From Raillietiella orientalis (taxonomy: Eukaryota): DNA of 64,000 nt. Of this stretch, positions 14,020-25,639 are shown one piece after another. How positions within the stretch are numbered: the stretch's first letter is position 1; every line of letters starts with the position of its first letter. Made by a program: the position numbers and the translations under genes. The notes under the pieces were generated by a model that was given only the letters and a program-made list of their open reading frames with translations, did no database searches and was not told the DNA's origin. The stretch is taken from NCBI GenBank assembly GCA_036172245.1, contig JAYWIR010000006.1:2976001-3040000 (forward strand). Reading direction: 5' to 3'.

Positions 14020-14800
14020 TCTCCGCAAGCAATGAGTTTCTTCTTGAGGAGGGAAGCGAGGTGTCCTCCTCGGCTGGCCTCTTCTTCTGGCCTTCCACGC
14101 CGTCATGGTACTGCGAGGGAGCTGCTGGCAGCAGAGAGGCACTCACGAAGAGGCTCTTTCAAATGTCCCTGGGGCTGCCAACCAGGATTCCTAGGGTCAT
14201 CGAGAAGCGATCTGAAAGGGGACAGCAGCAAAGGGAACGGAGGGCAGCACAGTCCAGCAGAAGGGGATGCGGAAGGTCTTTTTCTCGCCACACCTTTCGC
14301 ATTTGGTATCCACGCTCCTCGTGTCCAGTGATGAGGATGCGCTTTGCATGGGATTCCCCAGTGCACCACGAGCAACGCCAACACCTGCCACTCTAGGAGG
14401 AGGATGCCACTGTTCCAGCACGCTGGAGTCCGTCCCAGGCGGATCCTTAGGGTGGAACCTTCCAGCATTCAACACAACATGCAGGAAGATCCCCAGGGGA
14501 ATACCGGTCACCCTACCTCCTTACGCCAACGTGTTTTGTTTTCTTTAAATGGAATTCCACCCTCTCCTCACTCGCTAACTCAGCCGGTCTTTTCGTTAGC
14601 GCGTGCAGGGCTTTCCTAGAGGATGCAGTCCACATCTGCATTCTTCCGTTTGCTTTTTTTGTATGCTGGTTGTCGCAAGTCACACTGAAAGTGACCTGCA
14701 TGACTAGGTGTCGGAGCAGTTGGCCTCGTGTTGGGAGCAACGTCTCGTGACGGGGCCGCACCAGCGAAGGTGGAAGGCCATCTGCTTCTGCTTCCTTTGT
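14020..14800 (-). mobile_element. L1/Tx1-type LINE 3' fragment
   Basis: Zinc-finger start KCERCGEKKTF. About 105 bp at 14318-14422 is nearly identical to 12441-12545. Confidence 0.75.
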
Positions 14801-15199
14801 TGATGAGGTCGGTGGATCAGAACGGCGAGATGCGCAGCGAGGGGTGGAGGAGGACTGCGCAGGCTGTCGAACACAGCTGTGCTCTCGTTCCCTCTCTCAC
14901 TGTGCTCTTCCCCTTCTTCTCCATCCCTCTGGACTGATTGCCTGCGGATTGACCGCCTAACTCCTCTTCTGAAAGTCCCAGGGTCCCGTGGGCAAGGTTT
15001 CCTGTTTCGTTTCTTCCTTTGGATCAAAACTCCCGGAGGAACCAGATGAGAATGACACCAGAGTTAGCTGCAGGGTGAACCTCCGTGTAGGAGGAGAGCA
15101 GCTGCAAGTGCATCTTTGGAGAAAAACATTTACATTCTTCTATTTATTTATTTTTTGGACGTCATACCGGTTCTAGAATTCCTTTTTCATTGCCTTTTT

Positions 15200-15450
15200 C
15201 TAGAAGACCTCATGGACCTCCGCTGGGACCATTCCATGTGAGCATCAGATATATTAGTCTGCGCACAGACATCTTGCAAAAGATGGTTCTGTAGAGGAAT
15301 AAGAATTTAAGTCTTATGAAAGAGTGGACAGTGCATCTGTTATGAAATTACTTGCAAACTTCATCTGAAAGTCCATCATCCATGTGTTGTCCCTGAAGGT
15401 CTTTATGAGACCAACCACCATCCAACACGACTGTCACATCTTCCTACACG
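15200..15450 (-). pseudogene. Unidentified gene remnant with a short intron
   Basis: 63-bp minus-strand GT-AG segment 15289-15351 (gtaatttc...ttcttattcctctacag) between two short open frames; no recognisable product. Confidence 0.3.
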
Positions 15451-16009
15451 AACCAATCATCCCGAGTCATCTTCGTCTGCCCGTGGGACCAATACCAGAT
15501 GCGCGCGACCCACCTTCCCTTTGCTCTCACTTCGTTTAATTGCACGGCCACGCAGACACATCGGGCTGTGAACACGGCTACCATGAAACACGGTTTCGTG
15601 CTCGAACGCCTATGGAGTCACAAGTTCAAGCTTTTCCGGTTGACGGTAGCACCCGGAGGGCATTCTGCGGAATGTCTGGCGAGTACCCAGCGCTGGGACT
15701 CATTCGATGCCGCCTTTCTGCTGCGGTTTGTGGCCAAAGCTGCGCACTCGGTTGACACGCGGCCCTTCTGCTTGTGCAACGCTTCGTCCCTGGAACGAAC
15801 GCCAATCGTCCCTGATCAGCCCCTGGTATTGTGTCCGCAAGGGTGCTGAGAGAGACTCCAGAAAGGAAGAGGGGATAGCAAGAGACGATTCAATGCTCAC
15901 GAGGGCGTGTTCTGTCCTGCCCACCTCATCCCCGAAAGCGAAGCAGAAAGGCAATAGCGGCTTTCCCCTCTTACTGAAGGGACTCCTTCTGTGAAGTGAG
16001 CTGCTTGGT

Positions 16010-17296
16010 TTCTCACCCGGTAAAGCCGGGGCATTTATTATAAAAAATAATGGACTTACATGTGTAGCGCCGATGACCCTACATTGTCCGAAAATGCTCT
16101 GAACCTGCCGAGTAACTGGCACGCAGGCCGGCGAGGTTCCTCTCGGCAGCGGAGGGGGAGGGGCAAGCAAAAAATTAAAAATGAAAATAAAAAGTATATA
16201 CAGAAATTGAGAGGGTTAGGGAAAGGATCACCGGGTGCTGGAGGACGTCCTCTACATCCTTTCCAGGATGCTGGCAAGTTCCATCCGAGTATGCCCAGGT
16301 GGAGCCATCTTGCTGTCGTCCGCAGATAGCGTCCCTATCGCGCCACCCTCCTCTCGCCTCGCTCCAGACCGCCACAATCCCACGTAGGCAGCAGAGAACT
16401 GCTAGGGATGCGGCAGGCGAAAGGGCATCGCGCACGAAGAGGCGTTTCAACACGTCCCTGGGATTGCCCGTCGGTGCACCAAAGGCCGTTGCGCAACGCA
16501 ACCACAAGGGCCGGAGGGCAACACAGTCTACAAGCAAATGCGGGAAAGATTCCCGTTCCCCGCACCTGCAACAGTTGGGGTACACAGACTCCGAGTCCAG
16601 TGCGATCGGCGGGCGTTGCACGGGATACCCCAGTGCAACAGCACACCCTCCCCCTGCCACTTCAGATGGAGAACCCGGTTGTCCTTCAATGCCACTTCAG
16701 ATGGAGAACCCGGTTGTCCTTCAATGCCACTTCAGATGGAGAACCCGGTTGTCCTTCAACGCCGAGAGCCACCTGAGTTCTTCCTGTGGGATTCACGGCA
16801 GCTTACTCCAGCGCAGCAGTCCCTTTTGCGAGACACTTTGGGTCGCAGCGTCCGTGAGCTGGCATGTGGTCCAACCAACTAGTTCCCTCGTCTTCTGACT
16901 GGTTTCGCAAGTGACATCCCATTTGGCCGACTAGTTACTGCCCAGGTGCTTCCTGAGGGAGGACAGTGCCGCGGCTAGGGTGGTTCTTTGCGCCCGCGCC
17001 CACGTGGTGTGCTGCACGATGACGTCCTGCAGCGAGCGGCTGCTGCAGATGGGGTGCAGCAGTCGCTGCCGCATCTCCGGGCTCGCTTCGTTGTTCTTGG
17101 CCCACGTGCAGACGTTCAGGCTTCCTGCAGCCAGGCACTATCGTTCGCGGGCCGGCAGAAGATCCAGTTGTTGGTCCTGGTCAGCTTGGCCACCCATCGG
17201 AGCTCCAGCTCTCAGCTGGATACGTTGCGTGTGCGCCACCATTCCAGGAACGAAGACGGTCTCGCGTAGCTGGTGGCTCACTTGACCAGGTGTCGT
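16010..17296 (-). mobile_element. L1/Tx1-type LINE 3' half (left arm of the large inverted repeat)
   Basis: Zinc finger CCRCGERESFPHLLVDC (ORF 16175-16660); terminal hairpin cacccggtaaagccggggcatt at ~16014-16035. Confidence 0.85.
16656..16760. repeat. Tandem repeat, 3 x 35 bp (gccacttcagatggagaacccggttgtccttcaat)
   Basis: Units start at 16656, 16691 and 16726; mirrored at 21860-21964. Confidence 0.95.
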
Positions 17297-18220
17297 GCAA
17301 GAAGTCCCTTTTCTTTGGAGTACCTCCAGGGAGAGACTAGCTGGTCCAACATGCAGTGATCGACATTTCCACCGGCGAACACGGGTGGTCATCGAGGAAC
17401 ATGTGGCGTGGGAGGTCCTCGGTTCTTCTGCCATGAGATGCGTCATGCGCACGCGGCCAGCTGACCTCCGGGCACAATGTGCAGCGCGTCGTCGGGCAGC
17501 GGGCGAACGTCGAGATCCCCTGTTGCGAGGCGAGCGGTCCCCGGGTGCGCCGAGTTCTCCCATAAACCCCCCACTCTCTCTCGCTAGGGTTCCAACCCTA
17601 GCGAGAGGTTGGCTGCGGGCCGTGCGAACGAGCGTCCGTCGCGAGGAGGTCGAACGAGCATTGGACCACTCCGTCGCGAGCCGACCCACCCGGCGGCTCT
17701 CGTCAGAACGAGCACGCTTCGCCTGCGTCACGCGCGGCTTCGGGAGGAATGCAAGCCTGCAGGTATGTCATCCTTGGTGAGAAGGGGGCCGACCTCGCCG
17801 ATCTCCTGCTCGAGGACTCTGCGGATCCCCTGTCTGGACCACGCGGTCGAAACTCTTCAGGGAGTCCTCGATCACGCTCCACTTCGTGCCTTTCCACGGG
17901 TCGCTGGCGTTCCACGCGAGCGGAGCGGCTGGCTTTTCCTCTGATTCCTGGTAATCGGCGCAGATTTTTCGCCCGTCCTTCCCTTCACGCCGGAGGGCAC
18001 CGTGCAGCTGCACTGCTGGATTGGCTTCATGCTCCGAAGAGCCCGGCAGTTGATCCGTGTAGTCTTCCTCCAGCGATATGTCGACAGGACTTAGCCTCCT
18101 TCCGACGTTGCCATGCCACCCTTCGCTTCCTGCTTTCGCGTTTCGGAACGGAGTTCTCTGGCACATGGCTGTGGCGCGTTGGCTGCGCTGTCGCATTCCG
18201 TCTAGAGTTCAGACTTCGCT
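17297..18220 (+). mobile_element. LINE ORF2 fragment, linker to RT domain 3
   Basis: VRREEVERAL (IT.EEV..AL-like), LIPGNR (GF.PGR-like), and QDLASFRRCHATLRFLLSRFG (D..KAFD.V.H..L...L.RFG-like). Confidence 0.6.
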
Positions 18221-19436
18221 GAAGACGCTGTCCGGGACAGCGATGATCTCTTCTGAAGATGTCATCCCTTAGAGAATCACATGCAGGAAAGGCGACTCAG
18301 ACTGCTACGTCCGCGGTCGTCGCAACCTTCCGTGCCTCCGTAGGTTAATTTTCCTTTATGGAGGTTATCTCTATCCTCGACACCGTGCTGTTGGTCAAAG
18401 AACTTCGTGTCCTCCGCGACAGCTTCATTCCCAGATTTCTGCCCCTTGCCCTCAATTTCTTTTTTCCATGTCCGAAGGGAGCCTTTCTTAGAAGCGATAT
18501 TTGAAAGAGAACCCAGCGTTTTGGGTGTGCTGAAGATGGCCATTTCCCGTCCGTCTCAGGAACCTCAAATAGAGAGCTGCCTCCTTCTCGGCTTTCGCGT
18601 GCTTTTTGCTCTTGGATCAGCCCTGTGTGTGGCGCGCACCTGAACCAGCTGATCTCAGCAGGTGCACTGGATGTTCGGGCAAAGCTTTGGATGTCTCCAA
18701 GACCTGCAAAGGTTACACAATTTGGGCTTGCCTGCGTGGCCACAAATCAATGATTTCCTTTCGTCTCTGTCATTTCTCCGGGATGGCTGATCTTTCAGAT
18801 ACTAGATTCTGCTCTGTGGCCAACCCACTGGACACCATGAAGGGGCTCTTTTTCAATAGGTCGCGCTGACAGTGACAGTTCGGCCACCCTCTCGTTCTTC
18901 GGCATGCCTGTGGTGGTTTCCCCTACAAGGGTCATCTTCGAACGGTCCTCTAGGTGGAAAAAACACTATTCGAACCAATACTCACTGAGAATTCTAGAAG
19001 AAGATGGACCAGGGTCGCGTTTTCTCAGTGCAACTCCAGTCCTTTCCCGAGATTTTCAGCTAGTAGATGTCCTCAGAGAACGGTGCGAGTCTTTAGAGCT
19101 CCTCAACCGACGCCACAGCCTTAGGACCTTTCCGACCTTGTGCTCCAGGTGGAGATTGTGTCTATGGTTCGGGCAGGAATGTTTAATTGCCCGCTGGAGA
19201 TCCATGTTGCTGGAGCCACTGAGACAGCCACTACCGTTCGATAGTTCTTCTCTCCTGCTTTCGCGTCGCTACAAGCATTGCGGCAGCGGCCCTCGGGGAA
19301 ACCTCTACTGTTCAGGGGCATCCATGGTCCACGCAATAATGAGTCAGAGGGACAGCACTCATTCCTCAGTATGCAGGATGTGGAGCTACAATTGGCTGTG
19401 AGATCAACTCTTCGACAGACTTCTCTTCGACTCGGA

Positions 19437-19711
19437 ACCCAACGGAGGCACATCTGTACAGATTCGGGACGTGACTTGGTCACCAGTGAAACACGTCTCT
19501 TAATAACTCTTAATAACGAGAGGGATGCATCCGATTCAAGTTCTTTCCACAAATGTCATCGAGTGGCGTCTTAAAACCGAAATCTGCTAACGCAGATGCT
19601 GCAAGAAGTGATTCAGCACAAGATAAATCCGTGACTGGAATAATAAACACGGGAAGATGAAAAACGAAGGGCGACCGAATTTACTCTAAAGTGTTCCAAC
19701 TTCAGAGGGTG
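19437..19711 (-). pseudogene. Possible decayed Ser/Thr protein kinase fragment
   Basis: In order on the minus strand: HPLKLEHF, 86-bp GT-AG segment 19599-19684, LADFG (DFG at 19576-19584), ICGKNLNRMHP, DVPPLG. Needs frameshifts to join. Confidence 0.25.
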
Positions 19712-20719
19712 TTCCTGAGTGGAGACTCGTTCTTTCTCACCAGCATTGCTGGCCGTTCCGTTATCTGCTTGCAGTGTAATTCATCCGAACGCGTGTCTTT
19801 CGTCCGGTTCTCATAGGATTTCTTTGATGGAAGCTAGATCTCAGGATGGAGGACCAGGGAGCACGGACGAGCCGCTTTGCTCTGCTTGGCAGAGCCATCA
19901 ACTTCCAATGGGAAAATACGCATGGATTTCAAAAGAAGCACTACTTTTGTCCGTAAATAAATGGTCCAGTGTTTGCCGTATCAGCATCAACCCCGAGAAT
20001 GGTCCACCCTTCCTTCGTGTTAGACTTTGTAATCTGGGGTCAGGTCAGTCCAAGTCCATGACACGACAGGAAATTAACGTTTCTAAGCTTGAAAACCGAT
20101 GTTCGCAGCAGAATAAGAAGGTATGAACCCGGTAAATGAATAAAAAAGGAAGGGAGGATAGGCACAGGGGTCTTTGGTTGAGGACGTCCTCTCTCTAGAA
20201 GTGGCTGTCAATGGTGGCGCTTCCTGGTGACTTCCGACAGATGAGACCACCTTGCTGCTGTCTCATGAGGGCTGTGGCCATGCTGGTGGCCTCTCTTCGC
20301 CGTGAACTTGATACTAACACATGGCAGACTGTCATTATGTCGCAAATGCAACCGATTGCTGCGATCACGGAGCCCTTCTTCAGTCCGCTTTCTGTGAAGA
20401 ATCGCCGCAGCAAGTCCGTTGCTGTGTCCTGCAGTAGACGGAGCGCCTGAGAGAATCTTCGCTACAACTTCTCGAGGGCACTGCAGTCCAACAAAAGTGT
20501 GGAAGCGATTCCATCGCCCTGCACCTTGAACAGCTCAAGGAAGGACAACTTTCCCGGAAACCAGGTGCCTACGCTGGTTGCACTGGAATCCCCAGTGCAG
20601 AAACAGCAGGAAGTCCCGTTTCCACCGCAGCAGGAACACGGAGGTATGAACTCACAAGGAAGGGACCACGAGTTCTTCAGGGCGCACACCAAGCAACCAG
20701 CGCCAACACCAGAGAGACT

Positions 20720-22610
20720 CTAGCTCGCTTGCCGCGCACCTGCCCAGGCACAGCTACTGTGTCGGCGTATGCGGACGATCTTCTGTTGCTGCTCCTCATG
20801 TCCAGCCCGGCGTTGGCGCTCGAAGATTTCTTCGATCTGTTAAGCCGCAGGACAGGGCTTGAGGTGAACTGGACGAAATCGTCCGGGGTAGCAGCCGGTT
20901 GGGCGCGGGCGAGGCAGCTGGACCGGATCAACTTGGAGATCCATGCGGTTCGGTACTTTAAGTACCTCGGTGTATTCTCCGGCGTTGGCGTGTCCAGCTG
21001 CCTCCAGAAGGCAGAGTCGCCAATTGACTTGTTTGGGGATGGCAAGTTTCTCTTGCCGGAACGAGCTGCGGTGTCGAACGCGTCTGTGACTCCCCTCTTC
21101 GCCCCCTGCTTTTTGTTTGCCCCCACCGAGTAGCGGACAAAGGACCTCCTGAGAATCGTCCAATGGGCATACAGAGGCTCTGAGTCCGTCGAAAGGATTT
21201 GTGCGCTCCTCGTCGCGACGAAGGCCTCGACCTCCTGACTCTGGAGCGCCTGGAGCGGCATTTCCAGTGTAGGACTCTCGCCCTAGTAGCGAAGCTTTGG
21301 AGCGAGAACTGGTGCGAGACCATACGACACTTGGTCAAGTGAGCCACCAGCTACGCGAGACCGTCTTCGTTCCTGGAATGGCGGCGCACACGCAACGTAT
21401 CCAGCTGAGAGCTGGAGCTCCGATGGGTGGCCAAGCTGACCAGGACCAACAACTGGATCTTCTGCCGGCCCGCGAACGATAGTGCCTGGCTGCAGGAAGC
21501 CTGAACGTCTGCACGTGGGCCAAGAACAACGAAGCGAGCCCGGAGATGCGGCAGCGACTGCTGCACCCCATCTGCAGCAGCCGCTCGCTGCAGGACGTCA
21601 TCGTGCAGCACACCACGTGGGCGCGGGCGCAAAGAACCACCCTAGCCGCGGCACTGCCCTCCCTCAGGAAGCACCTGGGCAGTAAGTAGTCGGCCAAATG
21701 GAATGTCACTTGCGAAACCAGTCAGAAGACGAGGGAACTAGTTGGTTGGACCACATGCCAGCTCACGGACGCTGCGACCCAAAGTGTCTCGCAAAAGGGA
21801 CTGCTGCGCTGGAGTAAGCTGCCGTGAATCCCACAGGAAGAACTCAGGTGGCTCTCGGCGTTGAAGGACAACCGGGTTCTCCATCTGAAGTGGCATTGAA
21901 GGACAACCGGGTTCTCCATCTGAAGTGGCATTGAAGGACAACCGGGTTCTCCATCCGAAGTGGCAGGGGGAGGGTGTGCTGTTGCACTGGGGTATCCCGT
22001 GCAACGCCCGCCGATCGCACTGGACTCGGAGTCTGTGTACCCCAACTGTTGCAGGTGCGGGGAACGGGAATCTTTCCCGCATTTGCTTGTAGACTGTGTT
22101 GCCCTCCGGCCCTTGTGGTTGCGTTGCGCAACGGCCTTTGGTGCACCGACGGGCAATCCCAGGGACGTGTTGAAACGCCTCTTCGTGCGCGATGCCCTTT
22201 CGCCTGCCGCATCCCTAGCAGTTCTCTGCTGCCTACGTGGGATTGTGGCGGTCTGGAGCGAGGCGAGAGGAGGGTGGCGCGATAGGGACGCTATCTGCGG
22301 ACGACAGCAAGATGGCTCCACCTGGGCATACTCGGATGGAACTTGCCAGCATCCTGGAAAGGATGTAGAGGACGTCCTCCAGCACCCGGTGATCCTTTCC
22401 CTAACCCTCTCAATTTCTGTATATACTTTTTATTTTCATTTTTAATTTTTTGCTTGCCCCTCCCCCTCCGCTGCCGAGAGGAACCTCGCCGGCCTGCGTG
22501 CCAGTTACTCGGCAGGTTCAGAGCATTTTCGGACAATGTAGGGTCATCGGCCCTACACATGTCAGTTCATTATTTTCATAAGAAACGTTACGGCGTTTCC
22601 ATGCGTAGAC
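20720..22610 (+). mobile_element. L1/Tx1-type LINE: RT catalytic region to 3' end (includes the right arm of the inverted repeat)
   Basis: VSAYADDLLLL...GLEVNWTKS...FKYLGV in ORF 20729-21133; zinc finger in ORF 21960-22445; diverged terminus aaacgttacggcgtttccatgcgtagac at ~22583-22610. Confidence 0.9.
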
Positions 22611-24869
22611 AATTTCTCTCCGGGATCCCCTTTCGTTCCTGGAGGAAGCATCCCGATTTTTTCTCCTTGTTTCTTTTTGTTGCTATTGTTGCGTTTGTCT
22701 GCTTGTTTTCGGAGACCTCCGGCCGAACGCTCGGCAACGGAAAGCCCAACGCTACCGCCTCCGAACTCTGAGGTCCGGGGACGCACTTCGCCGAAGCACT
22801 TGCGCCGTCTGGTACGTAAACGTTGCTCCCAGCTGCACTGCATCACATCTTCTGATGGGGACCCGTGCCACTAAGTTCCTTAAGGCTATCGCGCGGGGAC
22901 TGCTGCTACTTGCCGTCAGCGGTACCTTCTCTGCTACTGGAGGGCCCACAAGCGGGGCTGCACCGGGTGAGACTTGCATCGACTCTTTGCTCCAGAACTG
23001 GCGCCCTTAGTGCATAAACCGCAACTGCTCATCCAGGATGATGACTAAGTGCCCACCTCCTTCAGATGAAGCAGGGTCCGACTTCTTACGCGGTTTGGAT
23101 GTGATTCCCGGTCCTTCATGATAAAAAGCTACGCAGCCTCCCATCATCACCTTTGTAAACTCAGACTTCAAGCTGCTTCCCAGGGAATGAAGGGAGCGAG
23201 TGGGGAGGCGAAGCAGTCCGTATTCAGCCGGAATAGACTTGCGCGGTCCCGGGGCTGGAGGCAGCAACAGACAGTTTCCCCCCCGGCGCTCGCATCACAC
23301 TCTCGAAGCGTGAAGTGCTCGTTCTCCTCGCGCAAACCGTCGGTCCAAATCCGTTTCCTTGGATCCTCTTTGTGTGTGTGAGGGGGGTAAGGGGGGCGGA
23401 AAAGTCTTCTTCTTGAGGCAATCCGTTGTTACAATTTGTTGTCGGTACAGGGACATCCGGGTGCCATTTCGGTACTCCTGAATAGACTGAAAGGAGAACT
23501 TTTCGTCCTGGAAGAAAGGAACAGTAGCAGGCGTATGATCCGGGGGAATGCGTGGGTTTTCTTGAAGTCCAACTGGGACCTACCAGTGGGATTTTTTTTT
23601 TTAATCCACACCAAAGGCTGGTTGATGACGGAAGTCGAAGGCAGGGGCGCCACCCCGCCCGCTGCTGCTCGAATCCGGGAATTCTAAGCTGAATTCTTCC
23701 CGGTGACTGACCAGTGTGAATTTTCGAGTGCAGGAGGATGCAAGGGGCATCGAATTTCTTCCTAAAGATTCGTGTGCGTCCCCTAGTCCCCAAGACGAAC
23801 TCTCGCATCGGGATCTACTTCACCGACGGTGCCAAGTTTCCTTTGGTCTTCCGGTAATGATGACGGTTACCATAACGACAGTCGGGAATGACGCGGCGCT
23901 CCGTCAATCTCTGCATACTTCTGGGAGTAGATATTGGCCCCTCAAATCTGTTTCTGCCCACGTGTCCGAAACTCCTTGGTCGTCTTTCTTGATTCCTCAT
24001 TTGAAAGACTTCGGCTTGCAGGCTTTCCGGCTCCGGTCCTCAATGATTTCAACAGTACCGGTTGGTTCGAGAAGAGAAGAAACAGAGGAACATCTCTCGC
24101 GGATAGAGAACATGGATGAGACGGATGAGGTTATTTGACCAGTGGTCGTGAATATATTGGAAGTGCGTTACATGGGATGTGTCGATTTCTCAATGGTAGA
24201 CCTCTTGCAAGGCGGATCGCTCCCAACTGACTGATGAAAAGTCACTGTTACGGGAATCCCGCTCTTCACGGGAGGAACGGAGGAATCAGGCATCCGGTGC
24301 CGAGGAGCAAAGCTGCAATTCACCGGACCGCTCAATGAAAAATCCCAAGTGAGAACCCGTTCCGGTCGACGCTACGTTTCCTTCCATCCTCCAGGGAGCG
24401 GTCACGCCGCCGCCTTCAAGTTCGGGCCGAAGGAAACCTCGTATCTTCAAAGAGGGATCGAAGTCCCTATCTTGGAACGTCACTTCTGAAGAACCGAGCA
24501 ACCGTAAGCCATGAAATGAGGTCTTTCTGAGCATGCGGAGGGAGCTTGCAAATTCCAACAGCAAAGAAAGGTTACGGCAGCTTCAGGATGAACGGGAGTC
24601 TGGCTAGCGTAATGAGATGCAGGATGATACCTTGAAAAGCATTTGTCCTTCTTAGACGAAGTCCGAGTCGTGGCCTCTTTCCAAAGTTCTGGATCCCCTA
24701 TCCTCCTGCGTAAATTTTCAGGAGTAAGTGAGGCACCTGTGAATGTAGGACGCCGTGGCAGCACTTCGCCCAGCTCTCCATGCCAACGCACCCTCCCATT
24801 TCTCGCAGCAGATGCAAGTCCATTCAAATGGATTTCGAGGGTGGGACTCCGTCATGGCAAAGATGCGTC

Positions 24870-25460
24870 CGAACGGATCTGCTGCTCGAAATAGGAGGGT
24901 GAGTTGGCATGGCGAGCTGGGAGAAGTGCTCCGCCCGGCTCAAACTGCTTGCACGTTCGTCCATGTCACGGAGTCCTTCCCACCCTCGAAATCCGGAAAG
25001 AGATCGCTTCCTCGCTAGGCTTGCTTGCGTTCCGGAAAGGATGCTTTCGGCTCGGTGGTGCAATCGCCCTTCCAGGGGCGCTTATATCCTCGGCATTCCC
25101 TCCCCGCTGTCCGCTGATGCAGCAAACCCCGACGCCTCCAGATTCTACCCTCCCCGGGAAGGCCCAAGTCGATGGAATCCAGGGACGACGATGCGGAGCT
25201 CTCCGCGTCTTGCCGCTGCTCCTTCCGGAACGCCAAAGAGACACGCCCTCCTTCCATATTGCGTTGCAATGGGGCGACTGCTGGTTCGATCGCGACGAGG
25301 TTCCTGTTCGACCCGGGCAGAGCCGTTGAAAGATCCGTAGAAGCGTTCCAGTCTCCCGGATGGTGCCAGGTTGCTGCATGGGAGGTGATGCGACTGGTCG
25401 CAGAGAGCACTCTGCTCACGCGCGGTTGGCGCTCACGTGCGGCCAGTGCTTGCAGTAGCA
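24870..25460 (-). mobile_element. LINE AP-endonuclease fragment
   Basis: HHPGDWNAS (..GDFN-like) in ORF 25015-25461; otherwise degraded. Confidence 0.4.
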
Positions 25461-25639
25461 ATTAACAGCATAATTAACTCTAGAGAAAAATTCTTTTCGG
25501 ACTTCGTCAGCGAGCGCATCACATAATTCCCTTCGTTCCATTATTATTTATGATTGGAACCACCCATTCGCGAATGATAAGAAAACGTCAGGCACGAGTC
25601 TCGCGAAAGGCGGATTGCATGACGGCAGTCGACAGCGGC

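Larger units (their letters stand above)
16058..22562. repeat. Long inverted repeat: arms 16058-17296 and 21324-22562 (1,239 bp each), spacer 4,027 bp
   Basis: Mirror-image ORFs in the track (e.g. 16299..16898+ and 21722..22321-). Paired coordinates always sum to 38620, so there are no indels. About 7 substitutions found by eye. Confidence 0.97.

Noticed and set aside
16656..16760. CRISPR array from the 35-bp repeats (also the 24-bp repeats at 52445)
   Set aside because: Units abut directly with no spacers, there are no cas genes, and the context is eukaryotic.
16010..18220. Twin-priming 5' inversion of a single LINE
   Set aside because: The + segment continues collinearly into the RT at 20720, and its end is not adjacent in LINE coordinates to the start of the minus segment.
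16010..22610. Long-TIR DNA transposon (Mutator/foldback-like) carrying cargo
   Set aside because: The arms are LINE ORF2 and 3' UTR sequence, the outermost ends are the least similar part, and I found no TSD or transposase.
23690..23740. C2H2 zinc-finger linker (KIHTGQSP, minus)
   Set aside because: Single motif without correctly spaced Cys pairs or repeats.
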